Shown here piece after piece: positions 1 through 9,956 of a stretch of 64,000 bases of DNA. The notes below the pieces were generated by a model, which was given only the letters and a program-made list of their open reading frames with translations, was not told the DNA's origin and did not search any database. The stretch's first letter is position 1. The number at the start of each line of letters is the position of its first letter. Origin of the DNA: Candidatus Obscuribacterales bacterium (GTDB lineage: Bacteria > Cyanobacteriota > Vampirovibrionia > Obscuribacterales > Obscuribacteraceae). The translations under genes and the position numbers were made by a program. The stretch spans positions 2,784,001 through 2,848,000 of the forward strand of contig CBDDIJ010000003.1 of assembly GCA_965228855.1 (NCBI GenBank). Reading direction: 5' to 3'.

Positions 1-1
1 T

Positions 2-1777
2 TTGAAAGTCTCGCAATCGAGAACTTTCAAAATGCGCAACAAGATCGTTCGTACATCTATAAGCGATCCTGGTATCGCAGAACCGGTGGTTGTAGCTGAG
101 AACCAAATGGTTCTCCTCGGCAAAGCTCCCGGTAGCGCCACTATGGTTCTCTGGGACGATGCCGGCAATACGGCAGCAGTAGACATCGTTGTCTCGCGCG
201 ACTTCTCGGAATTGCAGACAGCACTTCGCGAAATCGATCCCCGTATCGTTGTGAAAGCCTTCTCCGTAGGTGGCTCGGATAGAGTACTTCTCCTCGGAGA
301 TGTAGACCACGCCGAATCGATCATCCGTGCGATGATGGCTTGCAACGTATTCATGGACGACCGCGGTTTCAACATTCAAGTTGCTAACAACCGTCTCATC
401 GGAGCAAGAATTGGTGAACAGGGTGCCTCTGGTAGCAGCGGTGCTGGACAAGGTGGATCCACCGGCCAGCTTGCGACTCTATCTTCGGTAGACCGCTATA
501 CCTTCTTCCCGAACCTGCCTAACAACGTAAGCAAAGCGCAAATCATCACCAGCGATGGTGGACGCGTTACCAGTTTGATCAAGGTTAGAAAAGTACCGTT
601 GATCGTTCTGCACGTGACGTTCATGGAAATGAACACCACGACGGCACGTAAGTTAGCTACAGCAGTTGGCGTAAACAACGCTTCGCGCGGATTCGCATTC
701 GGTATGGGTGGTACCAATGCCCTGTCAAACGGTGTTTTCCAGTCCGGCGGTGGTCTGACTCAGAACTTCCCGGCTAGCATTGTTCCAAACGCATATACCG
801 GCCTGATACCATCGACGGCGGGTTCGCAGCCAAACGGTTACAATACCCTTCCTGCAAACTTTGCGACTTACAACCAGCTGACCAACGCTGGTACACTGAT
901 CGGACCAATATCCCAAATTGGTATCGGCACTCCGTTGCAGGCTCCTCAAATCGCTCAGCAATCGGTACTCTTCGGAGCACCGGGCGGCGCCAGCTTCGCG
1001 CTAGATAACATTCTCAACTTGTTCACGGCAACCAGCAACTTCGGTTCCAATGACAAATCGAGATGGTCGATAACTCCGACGATCCAGGGCTTGATCAACC
1101 AACAGCGCGCAAGAATCCTTTCGGAGCCATCGCTTGTATGTATCTCCGGTGAGCGTGCAGCGTTCCTGGCAGGCGGCGAAATTCCGATCCTCCAGGCAGT
1201 TGCAGCAGCCGGTCAGGCACAACAATCGGTTGTGTTCGAACCTTTCGGTTTGAGAATCAACTTCATTCCGGTATTGATGGAAAACGGATCGTTGACTCTG
1301 GAAATCTCTCCTGAAGAGAGAATTCCATCAACCCAGAACCAAATTCAGGCACCTGGATCAAGCACACTCATCCCGTCATTCACCACGAGAAAAGCTCAAA
1401 CCACGGTTGAAATGAAACCTGGTCAAGAACTCTTCATCGGTGGTTTGATCACCTCCAACAATGGTCGTGAATTGAACAAACTTCCGATCTTCGGTGAAAT
1501 CCCAGTTCTCGGTGCGATGTACAGATCGAAAGCTTTCGCGAAGAACGAAAGTGAATTGGTCGTAGCGGTTCGTCCGGAAATCATCCTGCCAGGTACACCT
1601 GGTCAGCTCAAGCTTCCGGAAGAAATTGGTCGTGTTGAAGGTCCTCGTGACACCAACCTGTTCCAAGTTGAACCGACAGTACTCGACGAACGTTACTTCT
1701 CGACAGGTCGCGCAGAACGTCACCAAAAGACTTCGCCGACACTGCCCGAAGGCGCACCGATTCCGGACAGCAACTAA
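2..1777 (+). CDS. cpaC: Flp/Tad pilus secretin (CpaC/RcpA family), 5'-truncated by window edge
   Basis: N-terminal pilus-formation segment (ISDPGIAE...VLLGKAPGSATMVLWD) and C-terminal secretin domain (RILSEPSLVCISGERAAFLAGGEIP, FEPFGLRINFIP, LPIFGEIPVLGAMYRS, ESELVVAVRP). Confidence 0.85.
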   Translation: MKVSQSRTFKMRNKIVRTSISDPGIAEPVVVAENQMVLLGKAPGSATMVLWDDAGNTAAVDIVVSRDFSELQTALREIDPRIVVKAFSVGGSDRVLLLGDVDHAESIIRAMMACNVFMDDRGFNIQVANNRLIGARIGEQGASGSSGAGQGGSTGQLATLSSVDRYTFFPNLPNNVSKAQIITSDGGRVTSLIKVRKVPLIVLHVTFMEMNTTTARKLATAVGVNNASRGFAFGMGGTNALSNGVFQSGGGLTQNFPASIVPNAYTGLIPSTAGSQPNGYNTLPANFATYNQLTNAGTLIGPISQIGIGTPLQAPQIAQQSVLFGAPGGASFALDNILNLFTATSNFGSNDKSRWSITPTIQGLINQQRARILSEPSLVCISGERAAFLAGGEIPILQAVAAAGQAQQSVVFEPFGLRINFIPVLMENGSLTLEISPEERIPSTQNQIQAPGSSTLIPSFTTRKAQTTVEMKPGQELFIGGLITSNNGRELNKLPIFGEIPVLGAMYRSKAFAKNESELVVAVRPEIILPGTPGQLKLPEEIGRVEGPRDTNLFQVEPTVLDERYFSTGRAERHQKTSPTLPEGAPIPDSN

Positions 1778-1803
1778 TACTTGCCAACGGACTGAGAGAA
1801 TTG

Positions 1804-1832
1804 AAAGAGGCAGCTCACGGGCTGCCTCTTTT
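1804..1832 (+). terminator. Rho-independent terminator, possibly bidirectional
   Basis: AAAGAGGCAGC/GCTGCCTCTTT stem with a T run after it and an A run before it, between convergent genes. Confidence 0.8.
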
Positions 1833-2020
1833 GCGTTCACACTCAATCATTACACTCTCACGTACAAGTTCAAATTCTGGAACGAGCGGCAAGCCGCTTG
1901 ACACTACATCCGATACCAAGTGATTAGACCGCCTTAGTCTGATTGCAAGTAGCAAAAAGCGCCGTTGTATTCAAACGACGCTTTCAAGATTTAGTTTCAA
2001 TAGCGATTCGAAGTCAGTCT

Positions 2021-2422
2021 TTAGCGGCGTTTGCTCGACTTCTTGGCGGCTTTCTTCTCGTACTTTTCGATGAAGTGTCTGGATTCCATCGGGAATTCAT
2101 CCAGAAATACTTCGAGAACATGCTCTACTGATCTGGCGATAAATTCTTCGCGATTGTTCTCCGGGCTGTAGCAATTTGCAAGACCAGCCTTGTCAACGAT
2201 CTTAAGCAAGCCCTTCTCTGAGAGCCGCACCATCGTAGTCATTACAGTCGTGTAAGCGATTTCGCGTCGTTTGCGCAGCGTATCGTAGATTTCGCGTACA
2301 GTGACAGTCGGATTTGCGAGTTTCCACGCGAGTTCCATAATGTCACACTCTAGATCGCCGAGAAACTTCTTCAACCCCTTCTGATTGAATCTGAAAGAGG
2401 CGTTCTCGTCGTGCATTCTCAT
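2021..2422 (-). CDS. BlaI/MecI/CopY family transcriptional repressor
   Basis: LGDLECDIMELAW...TVREIYDTL...IAYTTVMTTMVRLSEKGLL winged-helix signature; start taken at ATG 2422 (MRMHDEN) rather than the track start 2551. Confidence 0.85.
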   Translation of the reverse strand: MRMHDENASFRFNQKGLKKFLGDLECDIMELAWKLANPTVTVREIYDTLRKRREIAYTTVMTTMVRLSEKGLLKIVDKAGLANCYSPENNREEFIARSVEHVLEVFLDEFPMESRHFIEKYEKKAAKKSSKRR

Positions 2423-2650
2423 GAAATAACCATCCCATACCCGTTTCCGATGATCGTAACACAGCCTGACGACTTGTGGTAGTTGGTTTATCGAAATGCG
2501 AATTACGTGAAAACACGGACGAAGTGCTCTTTTCGTTGAACATGAAAGCATTCATAACTCGCAGGGCATAGATCTGAAGAAGATAAGATGACAATTTGCG
2601 CCTGGAGGTGTTTCAATGGCTCAATGATAGCCCCGCGTCCGGTATCAATT

Positions 2651-3235
2651 ATGTCTAATGGTTTAAAGCCTGTTGTCTTCCTAGATCGCGACGGAACCCT
2701 GAACGTGGAATCAGGATACATCCGCAACCTTTCGGATTTAAACTTGATCGAAGGCGCCGGAGAGGCAATCCGGAAGCTCAATTCCGCTGGAGTAGCGGCA
2801 GTGTTGGTAACCAATCAAACAGGAGCAGCACGCGGATATTATTCGGAGGAACACATCCTCGATTTGAATGCGCGACTGGTGAAACTGCTAAAAGAAGAGA
2901 ACGCCTACCTCGACGACCTCTACTATTGTCCACACCTGGCCGAGGGGACAGTTGCTCCCTATGCCAGAGAATGCGACTGTCGAAAACCGGCTCCTGGTCT
3001 GGTTGAACAAGCGTATAAAGAACATCCTGAATTGGATCGGGCTCGTTCCTTTGTGGTCGGCGACAAGGCTACCGACGTGGAACTCGCCACTAATTGCGGA
3101 GCAAAAAGCATTCTGGTTGAAACAGGATATGGCAAACAAGTTGTGGCGGGCGAATATCAGTGGAAGGTCACACCTGACTTCCAGACAGACAGCATCGTGC
3201 AAGCCGTTGAATGGATACTCGCTTCATTGAAGTGA
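2651..3235 (+). CDS. gmhB: HAD-IIIA hydrolase, heptose-1,7-bisphosphate phosphatase/histidinol phosphatase family
   Basis: FLDRDGTLN, VTNQTG, YYCPH, CDCRKPAPG and VGDKATD motifs; start ambiguous (2588-2651). Confidence 0.8.
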   Translation: MSNGLKPVVFLDRDGTLNVESGYIRNLSDLNLIEGAGEAIRKLNSAGVAAVLVTNQTGAARGYYSEEHILDLNARLVKLLKEENAYLDDLYYCPHLAEGTVAPYARECDCRKPAPGLVEQAYKEHPELDRARSFVVGDKATDVELATNCGAKSILVETGYGKQVVAGEYQWKVTPDFQTDSIVQAVEWILASLK

Positions 3236-3300
3236 TCGGTGAACTAATAAGTGAACTAAGCTGAGAACTAATCGACTTCGGTAACTGACTTCGATAACGG

Positions 3301-4662
3301 TTACGCAAATCTCGATTTTAGTAGCTGGCTCATTTCGTTAAGCAAACTCGGAATGTCGAACGGTTTTGGAAGATAGAGGTCTGCTCCCGCTTCCAGTGCT
3401 TTCGACTGGTCCGGATGCGATGTCGCCATAACAACCCAGATCTTGCAGAGCGCCTCGTCAGATTTAAGTACACGGCAAAGTTTCCAACCGTCCATTTTGC
3501 GATCGGATAGATTCGATTCAAGAAGAATCAGATCGGGAGGCTCATGGCGAGCCATGGTCAGAGCGTCATCAGCAGAACTCGTCACTTCAACCGTGTAGCC
3601 CTCGAGCGAGAGCGTCTCTTGTAACAAACAGGCCATGGCGCCATCCGGCTCCACGACAAGGATGCGGCCGGTAACAATGTCTTCTTCGGTTTTGCGCACT
3701 TCCACTTTGGTCGTCGGAAAAGTGCTTCCTTTTCGGATTTCTTCGCGAGGATGATCGTCAAGGACAAAGCAAGACTCGAGCTTCTGCTTCGCCAGATCTC
3801 GAGCGTCGCGCGCAGAAGTCAGAACGTCGACATAGCTCTGAAAGCGCCGCTTCGTGCTATCGACGATTCCAACTGCAACCGAAATCAAAGGCACCCTTCT
3901 TCTGATGCCACCACGGCCGGTGGAAATCAAATATCCTCGCTCGATGTCACCTTTGGGGTAAAAACGGGAACTCATCTTATCGAATTGCTGGCAGATTCTC
4001 TCTGCTTTACGCAAGGCCTCTTCTGGTCGACAGGTCATCAAAAAGTCGTCAGCTTCGATGTGCCCGACGAAGTCGGTATCATCGGCGATATCAGTCAAAA
4101 TCGCACCGAGAGCCTTAATCAACTGGTCGCCCGCCAGGTCGCCGTAAGTTTCGTTGTAAACCCGAATCTTATTCAAGTCAATCGACATCGCCGCCCAGTT
4201 ACGATCGGATACTAGCAGCTGCTCCAGCATGCGACGAATCATGTTCGGTCCGGGCATAAGCGTGAGTGGATTCGAAAATTCTTCCTGGCGTCTGCGCAAA
4301 TGCGCGAGAACACGAATCGCCAGTTCGTTTTTATCGATCGGATCCTGCAGCACGTCGTCTGCACCATATCTGAAGGCATTGATGCGCTCGTTTACATCAG
4401 TGGACGGGTGGAGGAGAACGAGCACCGGTCTTGGATGCACGAGGGTGGCACGCACCTGCTGGCAGTAAAGTCTGCCGTCGCCCTCAGGCATATTTGCGGA
4501 CAGAATGATCAAATCAGGATGAATGAACGACAGGAGTTCATTCGCTTCCTCAAATGAGGTTACGGCATTTACGCGCGCACCGGTCTTCTCGAGAATCGAC
4601 GCGTATTCAGCAGCCTGTCTAGCCTGATGAATGATGAGAAGTTGCGGCGTTGGAAGCATCAT
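3301..4662 (-). CDS. REC-GGDEF(degenerate)-REC signalling protein
   Basis: N- and C-terminal receiver-like folds (HPDLIILS, GADDVLQDP; PPDLILLE, GADLYLPKPF); central GGDEF-like domain (NPLTLMPG, YNETYGDLAGD, GHIEADDF). Confidence 0.8.
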   Translation of the reverse strand: MMLPTPQLLIIHQARQAAEYASILEKTGARVNAVTSFEEANELLSFIHPDLIILSANMPEGDGRLYCQQVRATLVHPRPVLVLLHPSTDVNERINAFRYGADDVLQDPIDKNELAIRVLAHLRRRQEEFSNPLTLMPGPNMIRRMLEQLLVSDRNWAAMSIDLNKIRVYNETYGDLAGDQLIKALGAILTDIADDTDFVGHIEADDFLMTCRPEEALRKAERICQQFDKMSSRFYPKGDIERGYLISTGRGGIRRRVPLISVAVGIVDSTKRRFQSYVDVLTSARDARDLAKQKLESCFVLDDHPREEIRKGSTFPTTKVEVRKTEEDIVTGRILVVEPDGAMACLLQETLSLEGYTVEVTSSADDALTMARHEPPDLILLESNLSDRKMDGWKLCRVLKSDEALCKIWVVMATSHPDQSKALEAGADLYLPKPFDIPSLLNEMSQLLKSRFA

Positions 4663-5924
4663 GCGAGGTCACGCCCCCGTTGTGCTTGCTTTTCATACGT
4701 GGCTGCGGGCAATCTCACGGTGAATGTGCTGCCGCCGGCGCCACTAGCGACGGTGATATCTCCGTCCAGAGCCAGAGCGAGAGAACGCGTGATGTAGAGC
4801 CCGAGACCGGTTCCTTCCGTTTGACGAACCAGCGGATTATCGAGACGGCTGAATTTATGGAAAATTTTCGGAAGATGTTCTTCCGGTATCCCCACGCCCT
4901 GATCGGAAACGAGAAATTCGACCATCTCGGTTGGATTGGCGCCGTCGCCCGGATCGTACATGATGGAACGCGCAAGGAAAGTAACGGTAGTGCCGGCTTG
5001 CGAGTACTTGATGGCGTTGTCGATCAAGTTGGTTAGAATCTGTTCCAAACGATCCGCATCAGCCCAGACCGGCGGCAAGCCTGCCGGAATGTCGATTACT
5101 ATTTTATGTTTCTCGGCTTTCTCAGCGAGGTTGAGTTGAACTCTTTCTACCGCGTCCTGAAGATCAATTGCTCTGTTGGTGAATTGCAGCCGTTTTGATT
5201 CAAGGCGTGAAACAGCAAGTAAGTCTTCAACCAGCCGCGTGAGACGGTCAGCCTGGTCTTTGATAATACCGACATATCTTCTCTGCTGGCTGACATCAAG
5301 ACGATCTCCGGCGCGCAAAATCGTGTCGGCAAAACCTTTTATGCTGGTCAGCGGGGTTCGCAACTCGTGACTGACCGTGCTGACGAAATCGGTCTGAGCT
5401 TGCTGAAGGGAGTTTGCCTGCAGGATGTAAACAATGGTCAGATGACTGGCACCATTCTTGTCAGCGGAAGCGGTCTTGGCTGCTGCAGTTTTGGCGCCGG
5501 TAGATTTTGCGCTTGCCGCTTTGGGCGAAACCGTGTTCTCGGCCGCGGCGGTTTTAGCAGCCGATGCTGTTTCCGCACCTTCGTTGATTGGAACGTGGCT
5601 CACGGGCATCACCAGCTGCGCGCCAGTTTTTCCTATTATCGAGGCCAGCTGCTGCGCCTTCGCCGACGTTTTACCGTCCGCCACCACATTCGGTGCGCTG
5701 TTGTTGAGCAACGGATGTTTCGGAGCATCTTGCTGCGTGTCTGGAACTTCAAAGTTGATAATCGATTTGAGCGGCTGACCCTGTAAGGATGCGGCGTCTT
5801 TGCCCACGAGCTTAGCCAACGCAGCGTTTACGCTCACTATCAAGCCCTGGGAATCGCTTACTACGAACCCGTCAGCACACTCGTCCAGTAGACAACGGTA
5901 AATGTCTTCGCTCTTCAATTGCAA
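4659..5924 (-). CDS. PAS-domain sensor histidine kinase
   Basis: PAS-like N-terminus (DGFVVSDSQGLIVSVN), H-box VSHELRTPL, N-box NLIDNAIKY, DQGVGI, GTGLGL; overlaps the downstream gene by 4 nt. Confidence 0.9.
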   Translation of the reverse strand: MQLKSEDIYRCLLDECADGFVVSDSQGLIVSVNAALAKLVGKDAASLQGQPLKSIINFEVPDTQQDAPKHPLLNNSAPNVVADGKTSAKAQQLASIIGKTGAQLVMPVSHVPINEGAETASAAKTAAAENTVSPKAASAKSTGAKTAAAKTASADKNGASHLTIVYILQANSLQQAQTDFVSTVSHELRTPLTSIKGFADTILRAGDRLDVSQQRRYVGIIKDQADRLTRLVEDLLAVSRLESKRLQFTNRAIDLQDAVERVQLNLAEKAEKHKIVIDIPAGLPPVWADADRLEQILTNLIDNAIKYSQAGTTVTFLARSIMYDPGDGANPTEMVEFLVSDQGVGIPEEHLPKIFHKFSRLDNPLVRQTEGTGLGLYITRSLALALDGDITVASGAGGSTFTVRLPAATYEKQAQRGRDLA

Positions 5925-6038
5925 TGTTCAATGCCACGTAAGTAGGGTGTGTGCGCGAACCCAATACACGTCGAGCGGGAGGGCCCAAAACCTACGTTAT
6001 CACCACATTAAGTATCTACTGGGCATTACAACCTATTG

Positions 6039-6431
6039 TTAAGGTTTAGACCCGAGGCTCAGGTCAAGAAGCTGGCTCAATCGCCCCTTGTCAGTCAGGT
6101 AAAGATAGCCAACCAGCGCCTCCATAGCGGTTGCGTAGCGATATGAAGCCTGGTCGGCACGCCTGTTGCCCGTTAGTTTAAGATTTCTTGCTCGACGGAC
6201 AATGTCCTGCTCCGGCTCCAGGAGGTGCTCCATCAATCCTTCCAGGATTCGAGCCTGACTTTCGGCATTGACCCGGCGCACCACCTTCTGATGAAGCGAC
6301 TCCGCGGTATGGGTGGTCATCACCTCGCGCTCCCGCTCGTAGAGCTCGAAAACAGCGTCCCCCAGATGCGCGAGCATCCGTAACGGCAAGTTTTTTGCCT
6401 CTGTTGTGGACAGCGTCTTTTCAAATAACAT
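6039..6431 (-). CDS. mrnC: Mini-ribonuclease III
   Basis: LAHLGDAVFELY...VNAESQA...IVRRARN...YRYATAMEALVGYLYL. Confidence 0.85.
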   Translation of the reverse strand: MLFEKTLSTTEAKNLPLRMLAHLGDAVFELYEREREVMTTHTAESLHQKVVRRVNAESQARILEGLMEHLLEPEQDIVRRARNLKLTGNRRADQASYRYATAMEALVGYLYLTDKGRLSQLLDLSLGSKP

Positions 6432-6467
6432 CTGTGACGAAACCGCTCCTGTTCAGGGTTTCAATAA

Positions 6468-7328
6468 TCAATCCTTGAAGTGCTCTTTGGAGCCGCGCTT
6501 GTTATGGCGCGTGTGATGACCAGGCCCGGATTTTTTGCGAGCATCCCCCCGCGACGAGCTTTCGTCACTGCCGCCCCCACCCAGCATTCTGGCGGAAATC
6601 ACTTGCATCGCAAATGAAGGTAACGCCGACAAGATGCGCTGAGCGCGCCACGGTTCAGATACAAGACGGTAAAACCATTCGAGATGCAGCTTGCGGAAAA
6701 ATGCCGGAGCTCGCTTGGTGAAGCCGGACCAGACATCAAAGCTTCCGCCTACGCCAATTACGACTGCATGGCCAAACTTTGCCTGCCAGCGTTCAATGAA
6801 AAATTCCTGGCGCGGAACACCCATTGCGACAAGCACCAGTTTGGGATTCGCAGCGGCAATCTCATCGACCATCGCTTCTTCCTGAGCGCCATCAAAAAAT
6901 CCGTCATGGCTGGCGACAATATTGATTCCTGGATGACGGCTCGGCAGAGTTGCGAGCAGTTTTTCCAGAACTTCGCCACGACCGCCAATCAGTGCGACCG
7001 GGATACTGTGCCGCGCTGCGCTACCTAGAGCTTTATCAGCGAGTTCGATTCCCGGCACGCGATAACACTCATGTCCATCAAGACGAATCGCCCAGACAGC
7101 GCCGGCTCCGTCGGGCACGATCAGATGCGCGTGACGAATAATGCGGTCCAGATCAGCATTCTTTTGAGCCTGTATGACCATCTCAGCGTTTATCGTCACC
7201 ACGTGCATGCCGCGATCGTTAGCCCATGCTCGCTCAATTCTTTCAAGCGCCTGGGTTTCGTCGACGACGTCGACCGGATAACCCAGAACTTTCTGGCGGG
7301 CTTCTGATGTTGACGGCGTCATTGGCAT
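6468..7328 (-). CDS. WecB/TagA/CpsF family glycosyltransferase
   Basis: VVTINAE, PDGAG, RVPGIEL, VAMGVPRQE, GVGGSFDVWSG, KRAP, LEWFYRL motifs. Confidence 0.9.
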   Translation of the reverse strand: MPMTPSTSEARQKVLGYPVDVVDETQALERIERAWANDRGMHVVTINAEMVIQAQKNADLDRIIRHAHLIVPDGAGAVWAIRLDGHECYRVPGIELADKALGSAARHSIPVALIGGRGEVLEKLLATLPSRHPGINIVASHDGFFDGAQEEAMVDEIAAANPKLVLVAMGVPRQEFFIERWQAKFGHAVVIGVGGSFDVWSGFTKRAPAFFRKLHLEWFYRLVSEPWRAQRILSALPSFAMQVISARMLGGGGSDESSSRGDARKKSGPGHHTRHNKRGSKEHFKD

Positions 7329-7395
7329 TGTCTGCGGTGCCTCGCGAATTCAGGTTTCCTAAATACAGCTGCGAAATTGGCTACAGAGCCAGCAT

Positions 7396-8544
7396 TCAGC
7401 TTTCTAGAATTCTAGCTATAACATCGAAGTTCTGGCAAGCCAACTCATTTTGAGACGCTGTCACCCGCTCGGCTCGTTCTCGAAACTCTAAATTGTCGGA
7501 AGAGGCTGTTTTGACAAGGTTTGCGAGTTCAGCAGCAAGGGCGGCATCGTCGTTATCGCTCGAACTCTTGGCAAGAATTAAGCATGGCTGCTCGAAGTTT
7601 TTCATCAGGTAAGAAACTTTCGGATCGTATGCAAGCCCCACGGCAGGCACTCCCGATTTAAGCGCCATCAGCAAAGCGTGGAAGCGCATTCCCACCACAA
7701 GATCCAGCTCGGATAATAGCGATAGCCACTGGCTAGGGCGGTCGATCTTCGAAAAATCCAGGTCCAGGGTGGCATGCCCATTTGATTTCCAAATCGTCGA
7801 AAACACTCTGAGCAACTCGGCATCCTGATTATGCTGCAAAATCAGTGGAACGAGTACTGTCCCTTCACGCACGTCGGCGCTGAGGCTGCGCGCCATCGCT
7901 TCGACTGTCGAACGACTGATGTGGTGACTTTCGCGAATGGATAAACCCATTAGACTACTGCCAGGCGGACGATTTTTGAGCGAGACTTCTGTTTCAGCAG
8001 GCAAGGCAGAGGGCTGTAAACACCAGACGGGATCGGCTGTCAGACGTGCTTTGTCGATGCCCCAACTCCTGAGAAGGTCAACGGAATTGCTGTCCCTTAC
8101 CGCTATTTCTCGGGCAAAACCCATAGCAGCTTTTGTTAACGCAACGGAGAGCGGACTCTTGAGCGGACCGACCCCCTGCGCATAAATGACAGTTGGTGCG
8201 CCGCTCAACTTCGCGAGCAACGCCAGACCGGCATAGTAAACGACGGATTTGACCGAACTGGCGTCTTGATACAGCCCGCCGCCACCACTTATGAAAAGTC
8301 TCGCCTTCGAAAAATACGGTCCGATTTCAGCCAGCTTCCATCGATTGATGCTGGTGACGCCGAACACTCTGTGAGTCTTTTCCGGATTTTGAGAAAGAAC
8401 GACGATTTTTGATTTGTCAGAAATTATGCGCGAGACCTCAGCGATAATCTCCTCGAGAATCGCCTCATCGCCTAAATTGTCGAAGCCGTAGTAACCGGAA
8501 ATAACAACATATTCACGTTCAGACATGATGGGAGTGTACACCAA
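7396..8544 (-). CDS. csaB: Polysaccharide pyruvyl transferase CsaB
   Basis: SGYYGFDNLGDEAIL, ISGGGGLYQD, YAQGVGPL, VRDSNS, GMRFHALLMA, YDPKV. Confidence 0.9.
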   Translation of the reverse strand: MVYTPIMSEREYVVISGYYGFDNLGDEAILEEIIAEVSRIISDKSKIVVLSQNPEKTHRVFGVTSINRWKLAEIGPYFSKARLFISGGGGLYQDASSVKSVVYYAGLALLAKLSGAPTVIYAQGVGPLKSPLSVALTKAAMGFAREIAVRDSNSVDLLRSWGIDKARLTADPVWCLQPSALPAETEVSLKNRPPGSSLMGLSIRESHHISRSTVEAMARSLSADVREGTVLVPLILQHNQDAELLRVFSTIWKSNGHATLDLDFSKIDRPSQWLSLLSELDLVVGMRFHALLMALKSGVPAVGLAYDPKVSYLMKNFEQPCLILAKSSSDNDDAALAAELANLVKTASSDNLEFRERAERVTASQNELACQNFDVIARILES

Positions 8545-8601
8545 GTCGCGTGGTGCGTGTAAACTTCGATTTAGTAAGTTGAATAGGATTTCGATATATC
8601 A

Positions 8602-9954
8602 ATGGGCGAATGCGCCGCGCTAGCTGAAATCGGGAACTTGGCAAATACAATCGGCACGACCGTTTTCGACGGCGGGCGCGTGCAATGCAATGAACTCGAA
8701 ATAGAAGATTCGAAGCAGCTCTGCAATGTACTCCGGCACGCCAACAATGAAAGAGTTTTTGTCTTTCGAGGTACGGTTGACGAGCATCCTGCCAAGCTCG
8801 CGAAACTGTTCCCTGCTTCTGAGAAGCATGTGCAAGCGGTGTTTCTAAACCTGAGCAAGATGAATAGAATCATCGAACACGTCAAGGGCGATCAGGTTGT
8901 CTCGGTTGAAACAGGTATCCAAATTAGTGAGTTAAACGAATATCTGAGTAAACATGGGCAATGGCTGCCGGTTGAGTATAGCTCCGCCGCCGTCTCATTG
9001 GCAGATATGTTAGATACCGCCGATGGTGGGTATCTCGAACCATTCAGCGGAGGAGTAAAACATCTTGTCCTCGGCATGGAGCTCGGGATCGCGCATGGCG
9101 AGTTGATTAAGACCGGTGGCAAGATCGTCAAAAATGTCACAGGCTACGATTTAAGCAAGGTTTTTACGGGCAGCCGCTCCTGGCTAGCAGTACCACATAT
9201 GGTGCATCTCAGATTGCATTCAAAACCGGAAACAGAGGTTGCATTCGTGGTCTCAAGCGAAAAACCACACGAGCTGGTAGGTCTGGCAAACCGACTGCAG
9301 GCAACCGGTCTACCCGCCTTCTCGCTGGAATTAATTGATATACGATTGCTGCAACGAATCGCAAACCTTGCAGACGGCTCGGCGTCAGCTAAAGAGGATA
9401 TCGCAGCTTTCTGTTCAACCACAGGCGCTCTAGAAGGTAAATTGATCGTGAGCACCCGCGGGCATCACGATGTCTGCAGAGAGGTAGCTAGAGCCCTGCA
9501 GGAAGCCGTTTTACAAAGCAACCTGGAGTTGGAAGCCGTCGAGGCCGAATCTGCATTGCTCAATCGAATTCAAAGAATCTGCTCCGACGTCTTCAAAGAT
9601 CATGACGATTATGTCGAGTTATCGATGCCGGCGTCAACAATGTCTTACTACCTCGAAACGCAGTGGCGAGGCAGCAAACGGTTGTGGTCTGCTAGACCTT
9701 CGAGTGGTAGACTTCGGTTAGCGGTTGATGATGCGGAATCATTTATCAGCGATTTATCCAATTTTGCGAATTTGATTAATAGGGATGATGCGCAACCGCT
9801 GACGGTGGCATACTCTAATAACCAGCAAGACTTCGTCACTCGACGAATTCCAGCTGACCATGAGAGTGACAGCGGTCTGCGCAACGTCATTGACAGACTG
9901 AAATCCAAGTACGATCCAAATGGCATCCTCAATCCGCTCGTGAGTTTTTGCTAG
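8602..9954 (+). CDS. glcE: FAD-binding oxidoreductase, glycolate oxidase GlcE-like subunit
   Basis: GGKIVKNVTGYDLSKVFTGS motif, C-terminal LKSKYDPNGILNP; adjacent to glcF. Confidence 0.75.
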   Translation: MGECAALAEIGNLANTIGTTVFDGGRVQCNELEIEDSKQLCNVLRHANNERVFVFRGTVDEHPAKLAKLFPASEKHVQAVFLNLSKMNRIIEHVKGDQVVSVETGIQISELNEYLSKHGQWLPVEYSSAAVSLADMLDTADGGYLEPFSGGVKHLVLGMELGIAHGELIKTGGKIVKNVTGYDLSKVFTGSRSWLAVPHMVHLRLHSKPETEVAFVVSSEKPHELVGLANRLQATGLPAFSLELIDIRLLQRIANLADGSASAKEDIAAFCSTTGALEGKLIVSTRGHHDVCREVARALQEAVLQSNLELEAVEAESALLNRIQRICSDVFKDHDDYVELSMPASTMSYYLETQWRGSKRLWSARPSSGRLRLAVDDAESFISDLSNFANLINRDDAQPLTVAYSNNQQDFVTRRIPADHESDSGLRNVIDRLKSKYDPNGILNPLVSFC

Positions 9955-9956
9955 GG

